From contig CANQVC010000001.1 of the NCBI GenBank assembly GCA_947627195.1, positions 28,618-92,617 of the forward strand: DNA of 64,000 bases, read 5' to 3'. The DNA comes from an uncultured Bacilli bacterium (GTDB taxonomy: Bacteria; Bacillota_I; Bacilli_A; ML615J-28; CAG-698). The notes below the pieces were generated by a model. That model saw only the letters and a list, made by a program, of their open reading frames with translations. It made no database searches and was not told where the DNA came from. The translations under genes were made by a program, and so were the position numbers. Positions 19,753 to 28,697 of the stretch are shown one piece after another. Position 1 is the stretch's first letter; each line of letters begins with the position of its first letter.

Positions 19753-22700
19753 ATGATAGAAAACGGAGATATACTCGTTAGTTTTTCTATTCAGACAATT
19801 GAAAAATGTGTCATTCAATGTCATCAACACATGGAAGTTAAAAGAATGCCATTGTCTGAATTTTTCCAAACTTACTTATCTCCTGAAAAGCTTGGTATCG
19901 AAGAAGATGGCTACAATTATGAATCTTTTTGTGCCTTTGCTTTAAAAGAAAAAGCAAGTACGATAACAACATATTATTCTAAACAAAATTTATGTTTATA
20001 TCGTTTTATGTTTTTCCAATCTGCTCATTCTAATATTATATTGTGCTCCTTAATTCGTATAACGAATACTGAAAATAAAGATTATTTCACCAATCGTGAT
20101 GTCTTAACAGGAGTTTATACTAGAAGTACTTTATTACAAAAATTAGAGAAAAGTTTTAAAGACGAAACTTGTCATAATTATTCTATCGTTTTACTTGATT
20201 TAAATGATTTTAAACATGTTAATGAAATATATGGTAGAGGTATCGGTGATAAAAGTTTAAGTGAAATTGCTTTAAGTTTACAAAATATTTTCCATAATCA
20301 AATGATATGTCGATATGGTGGCGATGAATTCTTTGTTTTACTAGAAAATTGTGATAATATACAAATTGAGGAATATATTCAAAAATTATTAGATTATGAA
20401 TATTATGTATCAGATCAAGATCGTAGTAAAATAAGAGTAACAATTAGAGCAAGTATTGTAAGTATTAATGATGAAATAAAAAGTATGGCAGAAGCACTTG
20501 ATGCTGTAACATCAACACTTGCGGAAGTAAAGAAAAAACGTCGCAATGCGGTAATGATATATCAAGGTAAAACTTATTTTAGTCGAGCTAAAACAGATCC
20601 ATTAAAACATTTATCAATGCATATTCATTCTAAACCAAAAAAGAAAAAAGAAAATATGCGTTTATTTACTGAAGAATTAAAAGCGCGAAGAATTCGTAAT
20701 TTTGCTATTTTATTAGTTTTAGTCTTATTATTATTATGTTCATCAATTTTAGTTGGTAGTATATTAACAAGACAATTAAATACTAAAAAAACAGAAGAAG
20801 CAACTAATATTATGAATGATATTTCTAGTCAAATATCTTCAAATATTTCTTCAAGTATTGAAAGTTGGAATAGTCAATTAATAATTGCTAGTAGAATGCT
20901 TTCTAATATTGAAGAAGGCGATAATTATGAAGAATATTTAAATCGAACATTACAAATAGTTGGTAACACAATTACCTTCGATGAAATAGCATTATTACTA
21001 GAAAGTGGTGACTTATATTTTAATTCAACTACTGAATATAATATAGCTTCCGAAGATCTTGCCAAAAATATCATTATTGAAAGAAAAGAATATATAGGTA
21101 GTCTATATATTAATTATTGGGGTGAAAGAATTGCTTTTGCTATTCCATATGATGGTATTGAATCAGAACTAAATGATCCAAATAGCAATCGTATTTATGG
21201 ATTAGTAGGTTTATTAACAATCGAAAATTTCTCTAAATTATTATATTCTGATGCTTTTTCTGAACAGGCTTATATGTCATTAGTCCAAAAAGATGGTAAT
21301 AGATTAATTACCTCATTAAATGTTAATGAAGGTACATATGCCCCATATAATGTCTATAATGCCTTTAAGAAATATGCTAATGAAAGTGAAATGGAAGTTT
21401 TAGAACAATCTTTAAATGAAGGTAAAACTAATATCATGAATTTACAAGTTGGTAAAACAAATTTCTTAACATATTGTACGAAAATAGATGATGATTCAAT
21501 TGATTGGCGAATTATTATAATGGTATCAACTGATATCGTCTTAAGTAGTGTTACAGGGGTATTTGAAAGATTAGGATATGGTGTATATATTGCATTATTT
21601 TTCTTTGTATGTATTGTATCTGTAATGGTTTATATTCATAATCAATTAAGAACGAAAAATCAAATGTTAACATATATGGATAAATTAACTAACGATATAA
21701 ATGATGAAAGATTTAAGATTGATGCCGAAACATTAATTAAAAGAAATGGTTCTACTAATTATTGTTTAGTTTATATGAATTTTTCTAATTATAAATATGC
21801 TCGAGAATTATTTGATACAGCAACAATTAATAAAATATTAAAAGAAGTATTTGAAGTAGTTCATAAATCACTTAATTTCAATGAATTAGAAACTAGATTA
21901 TCAGTTAATAATTATGTTATTTTAATGGAATATACAACTGAACAAGTAATTAAACAACGATTAATGGAAATTCAAAATCGTCTTAACGAAACAATTCATT
22001 TAGATGATTTAATGAGCATTATTGTTTCATTCGGTGTATATATTTTACCACCACAATATAAAAGTATCGTTGTTGCCATTGACCGTGCTAGTGAAGCCCA
22101 AAAACTTGCGGAAAACAGAATTGATTCTCATATGATTTCATTCTTTGATGAAAAGATGATGGCTCATGCAATGGAAGAAATGGAATTAGAAAAGAATCAA
22201 GATAAAGCCTTAAAATCTGAAGAATTTACTGTATATTATCAACTTAAAAAAGATATTCAACAAGATAAATGGGGTGGAGTAGAAGCATTAGTTCGATGGA
22301 AAGATCCTGTGAAAGGAATGGTATCTCCAGGTAAATTTATTCCTTTATTTGAAAAGAATGGTTTTGTAATTAAAGTTGATTTATATGTATTTAGTTGTGT
22401 ATGTCGAGATATGCGTCGCATGTTAGATGAAGGAATTACGCCAGTTCCTGTCAGTGTCAACTTATCAAGAAGACATTTAATGATTGATCATTTCTTAGAT
22501 GAATTTGTTACCATTATGAATCAATTTAATATTCCAAGAGAATTAATCGAATTTGAATTAACTGAAGGAATGATTTTTGAAAACGAATCTATTTTATATG
22601 ATGTCATTCATCAAATTCATGAAATCGGATGTCGTTGTTCTATTGATGATTTTGGTAGTGGGTATTCATCATTAAATATGTTGAAAGAATTTGATTTTGA

Positions 22701-22953
22701 TGTTATTAAATTAGATCGTAAATTCTTTTATGGAATTAATGGTTTCGATGAAAACTCAAAAACAATTGTTCGTTCATTAACGGAATTATCTCATCAATTA
22801 GGTAAAGAAGTAGTTGCGGAAGGAATAGAAGATGAACAACAAGTATCATTCTTAAGAAATATTTCTTGTAATTTAGTTCAAGGATATTATTATGCTAAAC
22901 CAGTTCCATATGATGAATATATTGTTAAATTAAATCAACATAAAGTTCAATAA
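19753..22953 (+). CDS. GGDEF (canonical), TM, dCache-like sensor, TM, degenerate GGDEF, EAL protein (predicted bifunctional c-di-GMP enzyme)
   Basis: ATG at 19753 lies 5 nt after AAGGGG; the ORF-track GTG at 19747 is less likely. GGDEF1 is [11 protein letters not shown]. Two TM segments flank ~260 aa that end [10 protein letters not shown] (Cache-like). The second GGDEF position is SVNNYVIL. The EAL set is complete: [41 protein letters not shown]. Confidence 0.85.
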   Translation: MIENGDILVSFSIQTIEKCVIQCHQHMEVKRMPLSEFFQTYLSPEKLGIEEDGYNYESFCAFALKEKASTITTYYSKQNLCLYRFMFFQSAHSNIILCSLIRITNTENKDYFTNRDVLTGVYTRSTLLQKLEKSFKDETCHNYSIVLLDLNDFKHVNEIYGRGIGDKSLSEIALSLQNIFHNQMICRYGGDEFFVLLENCDNIQIEEYIQKLLDYEYYVSDQDRSKIRVTIRASIVSINDEIKSMAEALDAVTSTLAEVKKKRRNAVMIYQGKTYFSRAKTDPLKHLSMHIHSKPKKKKENMRLFTEELKARRIRNFAILLVLVLLLLCSSILVGSILTRQLNTKKTEEATNIMNDISSQISSNISSSIESWNSQLIIASRMLSNIEEGDNYEEYLNRTLQIVGNTITFDEIALLLESGDLYFNSTTEYNIASEDLAKNIIIERKEYIGSLYINYWGERIAFAIPYDGIESELNDPNSNRIYGLVGLLTIENFSKLLYSDAFSEQAYMSLVQKDGNRLITSLNVNEGTYAPYNVYNAFKKYANESEMEVLEQSLNEGKTNIMNLQVGKTNFLTYCTKIDDDSIDWRIIIMVSTDIVLSSVTGVFERLGYGVYIALFFFVCIVSVMVYIHNQLRTKNQMLTYMDKLTNDINDERFKIDAETLIKRNGSTNYCLVYMNFSNYKYARELFDTATINKILKEVFEVVHKSLNFNELETRLSVNNYVILMEYTTEQVIKQRLMEIQNRLNETIHLDDLMSIIVSFGVYILPPQYKSIVVAIDRASEAQKLAENRIDSHMISFFDEKMMAHAMEEMELEKNQDKALKSEEFTVYYQLKKDIQQDKWGGVEALVRWKDPVKGMVSPGKFIPLFEKNGFVIKVDLYVFSCVCRDMRRMLDEGITPVPVSVNLSRRHLMIDHFLDEFVTIMNQFNIPRELIEFELTEGMIFENESILYDVIHQIHEIGCRCSIDDFGSGYSSLNMLKEFDFDVIKLDRKFFYGINGFDENSKTIVRSLTELSHQLGKEVVAEGIEDEQQVSFLRNISCNLVQGYYYAKPVPYDEYIVKLNQHKVQ

Positions 22954-22968
22954 AATTTAAAAAATATA

Positions 22969-22997
22969 TTGAAAATAATGTAATAAAATGTTATAAT
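22969..22997 (+). promoter_or_regulatory. Sigma-A-type promoter of the metK leader
   Basis: TTGAAA, 17 nt spacer, TATAAT. Confidence 0.65.
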
Positions 22998-23002
22998 GTA
23001 AG

Positions 23003-23136
23003 TACCATAAAGAGAAGGTTAGAGACAAGCTCAATGATCCTTCAGCAACCATTCCTAAAAAAAGGAAACGGTGCTAAAACTTGTATGATGGGATTTATAA
23101 AAATTAAAGTCCCGTTTAATTACGGGATTTTTTATA
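23003..23136 (+). ncRNA. SAM-I (S-box) riboswitch with intrinsic terminator
   Basis: AGAGAAGG..AGAGAC..GCTCAATGATCC..CAGCAACC...GGTGCTAAAAC matches the S-box core (GCAACC, GGUGCUAA). Terminator gtcccgt-ttaatt-acgggat plus tttttt at 23109-23135. It lies directly upstream of metK. Confidence 0.85.
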
Positions 23137-23174
23137 TTCCTCATCTAATTAATAAATCATATTTGGAGGAAATT

Positions 23175-24323
23175 ATGAACGAAAAAAAATTTTTTACATC
23201 AGAATCAGTAACCGAAGGACATCCTGATAAAGTATGTGATTTAATTGCTGATAGCATCTTAGATGCTTTCTTAGAAGGAGATAAAAATGCTCATGTTGCT
23301 TGTGAAGTTGTCGCAACAACTGGCTTAGTTATGGTTATGGGAGAAGTAACTGCTGACACATATGTTGATATTCAAGGAGTTGTCAGAAGAGTTGTCGATA
23401 AAATTGGATACAATCGTGGTAAAATTGGATTTGATGCCGAAAATTTAGCCGTAGTTGTGACTTTAGATGAACAGTCAACAGATATTGCCATGGGAGTTGG
23501 AAACGATACAGGCGCAGGAGATCAAGGAATGATGTTTGGCTTTGCCACAAACGAAACTAAAGAATATATGCCTGCTCCAATTATGCTTAGCCATAAATTA
23601 ACTAAAAGATTAGCCGATTGTCGTAAGTTTGATTTAGATGATATTTTAAGACCTGATGGTAAAGCCCAAGTAACTGTTGAATATGAAAATGGTAAAGTAA
23701 AAAGAATTGATAATATTGTTGTATCAACACAACATAGTAATAAAATATCAATTGAAACTTTAAGACAATATGTAATGAATAATGTAATTAAAAAGGTAAT
23801 TCCTAGTGAATTATTAGATGAAAATACTAAATATTATATCAATCCTACAGGAAGATTTGTCATTGGTGGACCAAAAGGTGATACAGGATTAACAGGAAGA
23901 AAAATAATTGTTGATACATATGGTGGATATGCTCATCATGGTGGTGGAGCATTTAGTGGTAAAGATCCATCAAAAGTTGATAGAAGTGCTGCTTATATGG
24001 CAAGGTATGTTGCTAAAAATTTAGTAGCAGCAGGTTATTGTGATAAATTAGAAGTAGGATTAAGTTATGCCATTGGGGTTAGTGAACCAACATCAATTAT
24101 GATTGATGATTTTGGTACAAGTAAAATAGGTAATGATGAAATTATTAAAATAATTCGTCAAGTTTTTCCATTAACGCCAAAAGGTATAATTGATTATTTT
24201 GATTTAAGAAGACCAATATATGCCATGACTACTAATTATGGACATTTTGGTAAAGATTATCTTCCATGGGAAAAATTAGATAAAGTCGATGAATTAAAAA
24301 AATTATTAGATAGTATCAAATAA
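23175..24323 (+). CDS. metK: S-adenosylmethionine synthetase
   Basis: RBS GGAGGA, ATG at 23175. The protein begins [34 protein letters not shown] and [19 protein letters not shown] are present. The ORF-track start at 23034 overlaps the riboswitch. Confidence 0.97.
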   Translation: MNEKKFFTSESVTEGHPDKVCDLIADSILDAFLEGDKNAHVACEVVATTGLVMVMGEVTADTYVDIQGVVRRVVDKIGYNRGKIGFDAENLAVVVTLDEQSTDIAMGVGNDTGAGDQGMMFGFATNETKEYMPAPIMLSHKLTKRLADCRKFDLDDILRPDGKAQVTVEYENGKVKRIDNIVVSTQHSNKISIETLRQYVMNNVIKKVIPSELLDENTKYYINPTGRFVIGGPKGDTGLTGRKIIVDTYGGYAHHGGGAFSGKDPSKVDRSAAYMARYVAKNLVAAGYCDKLEVGLSYAIGVSEPTSIMIDDFGTSKIGNDEIIKIIRQVFPLTPKGIIDYFDLRRPIYAMTTNYGHFGKDYLPWEKLDKVDELKKLLDSIK

Positions 24324-24326
24324 AGT

Positions 24327-24647
24327 ATGAAAAAAATAGATTATTTAAAAGCAAAAAGGTTACATATTACACCACAATATTGGTATGTATTTTTTAAAGA
24401 TAAGCAAGATAAAGATGATTTTTTGGATTTTTTGCAAAAAAAAGATTATAAAATTTCAATCAACGTGTATGATCCTAAATATTATCAATTTTTTATAATA
24501 GTTCCTATTAATAAAGCAGAAGATTTTGTTTCTGCATCTGGCGGTGGATTATCTGTGTGGGGCAGTGCTTTTGAAGCTTGTAACCTAATGTATACGGCAA
24601 AAGCATTTATTCGCGATTATTTAGAAGATGAAAAACTTGCCCAATAA
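24327..24647 (+). CDS. Hypothetical 106-aa protein
   Basis: ORF only, starting 3 nt after the metK stop. The RBS is weak and no motif was recognised. Confidence 0.45.
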   Translation: MKKIDYLKAKRLHITPQYWYVFFKDKQDKDDFLDFLQKKDYKISINVYDPKYYQFFIIVPINKAEDFVSASGGGLSVWGSAFEACNLMYTAKAFIRDYLEDEKLAQ

Positions 24648-24737
24648 AAAAACAAAAAAAGAAATTAATAATTGATTTATATATTTAAAGGTCAAAGTTC
24701 TGAATTTTACTTCATTTTAGTTGTGAAACTTAAAAAT

Positions 24738-25025
24738 TCATTTATAAATGAATAGTAAACAGTTATCATTTTGACACACTAAAACATTATAATTGCTTCT
24801 TTCATGATGAAGAGTAGAAACAATAGGAGAAAGTAATTTATTAAGTTCAATTATACTAGATTGAACAGAATCAATAGAATCTATAATAGCAGAATCAGAT
24901 AAAAGAACTTCTAACTTAGTTGAAAGTTTTTTATTCAAAGCTAGAGGTTCTAAAAAAGTTGTAGTTTGAAAAATATTATTAGATAAAGTATTTAAATTAT
25001 CTAAAAATTGTGATATAATTTGCAT
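24738..25025 (-). CDS. Hypothetical 95-aa helical protein
   Basis: This is the only ORF in an otherwise 560-nt non-coding gap. AAGGA lies 9 nt upstream of the ATG on the minus strand. No motif was recognised. Confidence 0.35.
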   Translation of the reverse strand: MQIISQFLDNLNTLSNNIFQTTTFLEPLALNKKLSTKLEVLLSDSAIIDSIDSVQSSIIELNKLLSPIVSTLHHERSNYNVLVCQNDNCLLFIYK

Positions 25026-25209
25026 AAGTAGATATTCCTTTCTGTATGCTAATGTGTCACAATTATTATAGCAAGGATATCTACTTTTTTTAATTCAAAA
25101 TAGAAAAAAGATGATATAAATTAAAATAAAAAAAGGTAGAGCTTTTTATGAAAATAAATTAATTTTATTTTCATTTTGACACTACCATTTATTAAATGAG
25201 GATTAATTT

Positions 25210-25935
25210 ATGAATGAAAAATTAATAATGGCAAGAAATTTCTATCTAACAGCTGGTTGTTTTGATCAATATGATCGCTTGAAACCATATGCAGTCTTAG
25301 ATTTCTTTCAAGAAATGGCAGGATATCATGCTGATAAATTAAATATAGGCTATACCCCATTACTAAAGAAAAATCTAGCATGGATTATTGTTTCTAATGT
25401 AATTTTATTGGAAAGGAATCCTAAACCATCAGAAGAAGTGATTGTGAAAACATGGCCAAAAGCTCCAGGTAGAATAGATTATGAAAGACATTATTTAATG
25501 ACTAATTTAAATAATGAAGTAATAGCTAGAGGTGTTGGTAGATGGTGCTTAGTTGATATAACTACTAGAACAATTAATCGACATATGAAAGTAGAATATC
25601 CAGGTATAGTTATTGATGATAATGCAATTATTAATCCATCTTTTCGTTTACATGCCATAACTAAAGAAGAAAGTATATTTACATATCAACATATTGTTCG
25701 TGAATCTGATTTAGATCATTATCATCATACTAACAATGCAAAATATGCGGAAATGGTTTTAAATGCTTTGTGTTTGCCTGAAAATAAATGGATAAAAAAA
25801 TATGCTATAACTCATGTCAATGAAGCCCCTGTTGGTAGTACCATTGATATTTATAAAAAAGAAGTAGATAATCAAATATTATTAACTGGTTATTTAAGTG
25901 ATGATAGAATATGTTTTAATGCCTTAGTCGAATAA
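25210..25935 (+). CDS. Acyl-ACP thioesterase
   Basis: RBS GAGGA. The length and N-terminal pattern (FDQYDRLKPYAVLDFFQEMAGYHADKLNIGY...LAWIIVS) fit the FatA/B-like bacterial acyl-ACP thioesterase family. Confidence 0.75.
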   Translation: MNEKLIMARNFYLTAGCFDQYDRLKPYAVLDFFQEMAGYHADKLNIGYTPLLKKNLAWIIVSNVILLERNPKPSEEVIVKTWPKAPGRIDYERHYLMTNLNNEVIARGVGRWCLVDITTRTINRHMKVEYPGIVIDDNAIINPSFRLHAITKEESIFTYQHIVRESDLDHYHHTNNAKYAEMVLNALCLPENKWIKKYAITHVNEAPVGSTIDIYKKEVDNQILLTGYLSDDRICFNALVE

Positions 25936-25939
25936 AAAA

Positions 25940-25963
25940 ACTAAAGTTATAATAAACTTTAGT
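25940..25963. terminator. Bidirectional terminator between convergent genes
   Basis: actaaagtt-ataataa-actttagt, flanked by an upstream A-run and a downstream T-rich stretch. Confidence 0.55.
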
Positions 25964-25980
25964 CATACTTTTAATATAAT

Positions 25981-26919
25981 TTAGAGTTTACATCCTTGGG
26001 TGTAATCTCTTTTTTTCATTTCTTTGTCAATTTCATTCATAACAACAAATTTTTTTAAACTCCATAATGGTGCGATTAATAAATCTTTAGGAGCATCACC
26101 ACTAATTCTATGAATAACAATATCTTTTCTTAAACAAGCTATTTGTTCACAAACTATATCTACATATTCATCTAAAGTTAACATTGGAAAAGGATTTTTT
26201 AAATATTCATTGCCTAAAATAGTATTTTTTAATAAAAACAATGAATGTATTTTAATACCTTGAATATCTAAATTATTTAAATATTTAATAGTTTCTAACA
26301 TCATATTTTTATTTTCATTTGGTAATCCATTTATAATATGAACAATAACATCAATATTATTATTTCTTAATCTTTTAACAGCATCATCAAATATTGGTAA
26401 TAAATATCCTCTTTTTATATCATTACTAGTTTTCTCATGAATTGTTTGTAAACCTAATTCAATCCATACAGGTATTCTTTTATTTAAATTAGCTAGATAA
26501 TTAATAACATCATTAGGTAGGCAATCAGGTCTTGTAGCAATTGATATTCCAACAATATTATGATCTAAACTAATAGCTTCCTCAAATAATTTTTGTAATT
26601 TATCTAATGGAGCATAAGTATTAGTATTAGCTTGAAAATAAACAATATATTTTGCATCATGCCATTTTTGATGAATAATATTACATATATCATTAAATTG
26701 ATTTTTTAAACTATTTTCTTTTTTACCAGCAAAGTCACCACTACCTGAAGGAGAACAAAAAGTACAACCAGTATTACCAATAGTACCATCTCTATTAGGA
26801 CAAGAAAAATTACCATTTAAAGCTACTTTAAAAACTTTACAATTGAATTTTTGTTTTAAATAATAATCTAAAGTATAATAACGATGTTGATTATTAATAT
26901 AATTTTCTTGATTAATCAT
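25981..26919 (-). CDS. Radical SAM protein, TIGR01212 (YtqA-like) family
   Basis: RBS AGGTGA. FSCPNRDGTIGNTGCTFCS carries the Cys motif. The family-typical length is ~310 aa. Confidence 0.8.
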   Translation of the reverse strand: MINQENYINNQHRYYTLDYYLKQKFNCKVFKVALNGNFSCPNRDGTIGNTGCTFCSPSGSGDFAGKKENSLKNQFNDICNIIHQKWHDAKYIVYFQANTNTYAPLDKLQKLFEEAISLDHNIVGISIATRPDCLPNDVINYLANLNKRIPVWIELGLQTIHEKTSNDIKRGYLLPIFDDAVKRLRNNNIDVIVHIINGLPNENKNMMLETIKYLNNLDIQGIKIHSLFLLKNTILGNEYLKNPFPMLTLDEYVDIVCEQIACLRKDIVIHRISGDAPKDLLIAPLWSLKKFVVMNEIDKEMKKRDYTQGCKL

Positions 26920-27001
26920 AATGTCACCTAAGTTATTTTATCATTTTTTAATTATTAAGTAAAGGTATAAAATAATGATTTATATATATAATGTAATATA
27001 A

Positions 27002-27058
27002 TAAATAAATTTATATTAAATAAATAAATTTATATTAAATAAATAAATTAATTTATTT
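27002..27058. repeat. 19-nt tandem repeat (taaataaatttatattaaa): two perfect copies plus a degenerate third
   Basis: Read directly from the sequence, in the divergent intergenic region upstream of the symporter gene. Confidence 0.8.
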
Positions 27059-27076
27059 TATGTAGGAGTAAATAAA

Positions 27077-28321
27077 ATGATTGAAATAATAGTCTTAATA
27101 TTTTTTATTTTATCAATTATATTTACCATTAAATATCATTTTATGCAATTTAAATTTATTTCTGAAAGTAAAAAAGCTTTAAAAAACAAAAGTAATTATT
27201 TAACATTTCTTTTATCTTTAGGAGCTCATATAGGAGCAGGAAATATTGTTGGTGTTACAACTGCTTTAATAATTGGTGGACCAGGGACAATATTTTGGAT
27301 GATCATTACCACTCTTTTCACAACAATTTTTTCCTTAATGGAAAATACATTAGGATATCATTATCGTATTAAAATTGATGATGAATATCGCGGAGGAAGT
27401 TGTTATTATATTCATCAAGGATTAAAATCCCCTTTTCTAGCAATTATATTTTGTATATTTTTAGTATTATCAAGTACAATTTTCTTTGAACCAATTCAAG
27501 TAAATTGTGTCATAGAAGGTATTAGATATATAATAAATATTCCTAAAATAATTCTTTTTATAATATTATTAATATTTTCATTTCTTGTAATATTTAGAGG
27601 TACAAAATCAATTTTAAATTTTATTGAAAAAATAGTACCAATTATGACATTAATATTTTTGGGAATATCTATTATAGCAATTATTTATAAAATCAATTAT
27701 TTACCTAATGTTATAAAGATAATTTTTAAAGATGTTTGGAATATAAAAGCAGGAAGTATTGGCGTGGTAATGGTTGGGATAAAAAGAAGTTTATTTTCCA
27801 ATGAAGCAGGACTTGGAACATCTCCATCCATTAATAGTAGAAGTATAGTTGATAATCCCCTTCAACAATCTTTCTTACAAGTATTAACATGTTTTATTGA
27901 TACAGTTGTCATGTGTAGTTTATTAGGAATATTAATATTAATTTATCCAATTGAAGTTAATAATTATCAAGGAACAGAACTATCTATTGTTATCTTTGAA
28001 CAAATTTTAGGTAATTTTGGTAAATATATTGGTGTTTTCTTTTTATTTACTTTCTCTTTAGCAACAATTGTTAGTAGTTTTTATTCAGGTGAAACTAATA
28101 TGTTATATTTATCAACATTTTATAAAATACCAATTAAAACAACAAAAATAATTTATAAAATATTATTTATATTTGGTATATTTTTAGGAATATTTATGAA
28201 TAATAAAACTATTTGGAATTTAGTGGATTATGGCTTAATATGTTTAGGATTGATTCATTTAATTGTATTAATTTTGTTACAACATGATTTTAAACAAGAT
28301 ATTATAAAAAGCAAACAATAA
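27077..28321 (+). CDS. Alanine/glycine:cation symporter (AGCS family)
   Basis: RBS AGGAG. Polytopic membrane protein. MENTLGYHYRIKIDDEYRGGSCYYIHQGL matches the AGCS signature (YR....G...GGP.YY...GL). Confidence 0.8.
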   Translation: MIEIIVLIFFILSIIFTIKYHFMQFKFISESKKALKNKSNYLTFLLSLGAHIGAGNIVGVTTALIIGGPGTIFWMIITTLFTTIFSLMENTLGYHYRIKIDDEYRGGSCYYIHQGLKSPFLAIIFCIFLVLSSTIFFEPIQVNCVIEGIRYIINIPKIILFIILLIFSFLVIFRGTKSILNFIEKIVPIMTLIFLGISIIAIIYKINYLPNVIKIIFKDVWNIKAGSIGVVMVGIKRSLFSNEAGLGTSPSINSRSIVDNPLQQSFLQVLTCFIDTVVMCSLLGILILIYPIEVNNYQGTELSIVIFEQILGNFGKYIGVFFLFTFSLATIVSSFYSGETNMLYLSTFYKIPIKTTKIIYKILFIFGIFLGIFMNNKTIWNLVDYGLICLGLIHLIVLILLQHDFKQDIIKSKQ

Positions 28322-28344
28322 TAAAATTTGGAAAAATTTTCATA

Positions 28345-28373
28345 TTGACTTTTTTTATAAAATTTTATATACT
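28345..28373 (+). promoter_or_regulatory. Sigma-A-type promoter of the structured RNA
   Basis: TTGACT, 17 nt spacer, TATACT. Confidence 0.6.
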
Positions 28374-28379
28374 TTTATT

Positions 28380-28555
28380 GCCTGGAGAGTTCGCGTTTGT
28401 ACACATATGCGAACCGAACAATATTACATAGGGAGTTGAGGCGTTTCTGGCGTGAATGCTCATATTTATATGAGAATCCCGAAGCTACGCAAAAAGAGAT
28501 TTCCACCTTAGCGTGAACGAAGGTTCACATCAGTATTAACGGCTTTCTGGGTTTT
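28380..28555 (+). ncRNA. Structured small RNA, candidate 6S RNA (ssrS-like)
   Basis: An island of roughly 45% G+C in AT-rich DNA with its own promoter. The 5' CCUGGAGAG (28381-28389) pairs with the 3' CUUUCUGGG (28543-28551). A central hairpin CUCAUA-UUUA-UAUGAG sits at 28459-28474, exactly mid-molecule. Length is ~175 nt. ACCGAAC lies at RNA position ~33-39. Confidence 0.5.
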
Positions 28556-28587
28556 AATTTATTATAATAATTATCATTATTGTCATT

Positions 28588-28622
28588 GGAAAGAAATATT
28601 AAATATATTCTTTCCTTTTTTT
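28588..28622 (+). terminator. Rho-independent terminator
   Basis: ggaaagaaatat-taaat-atattctttcc followed by ttttttt. Confidence 0.75.
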
Positions 28623-28697
28623 AATTAATTGTTGAAGAAAAAAACACTTTATAAAATTGTAAATATATGGTATACTATTAGTAGAAAAGGTGAAAAA

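Noticed and set aside
23034-23174. ORF-track N-terminal extension of metK (start at 23034).
   Set aside because: The extension lies over the S-box riboswitch and its terminator. A canonical metK N-terminus ([19 protein letters not shown]) with RBS GGAGGA starts at 23175.
28380-28622. T-box riboswitch regulating argS. The promoter, ~240-nt leader, terminator and aaRS gene layout fits.
   Set aside because: There is no T-box core (…GGGTGGTACCGCG…). I found no recognisable AG-bay, distal-loop or F-box motif in the + orientation, and no antiterminator alternative to the 28588-28622 hairpin. The rod-like end-to-end pairing fits 6S RNA better. A covariance-model scan is still needed.
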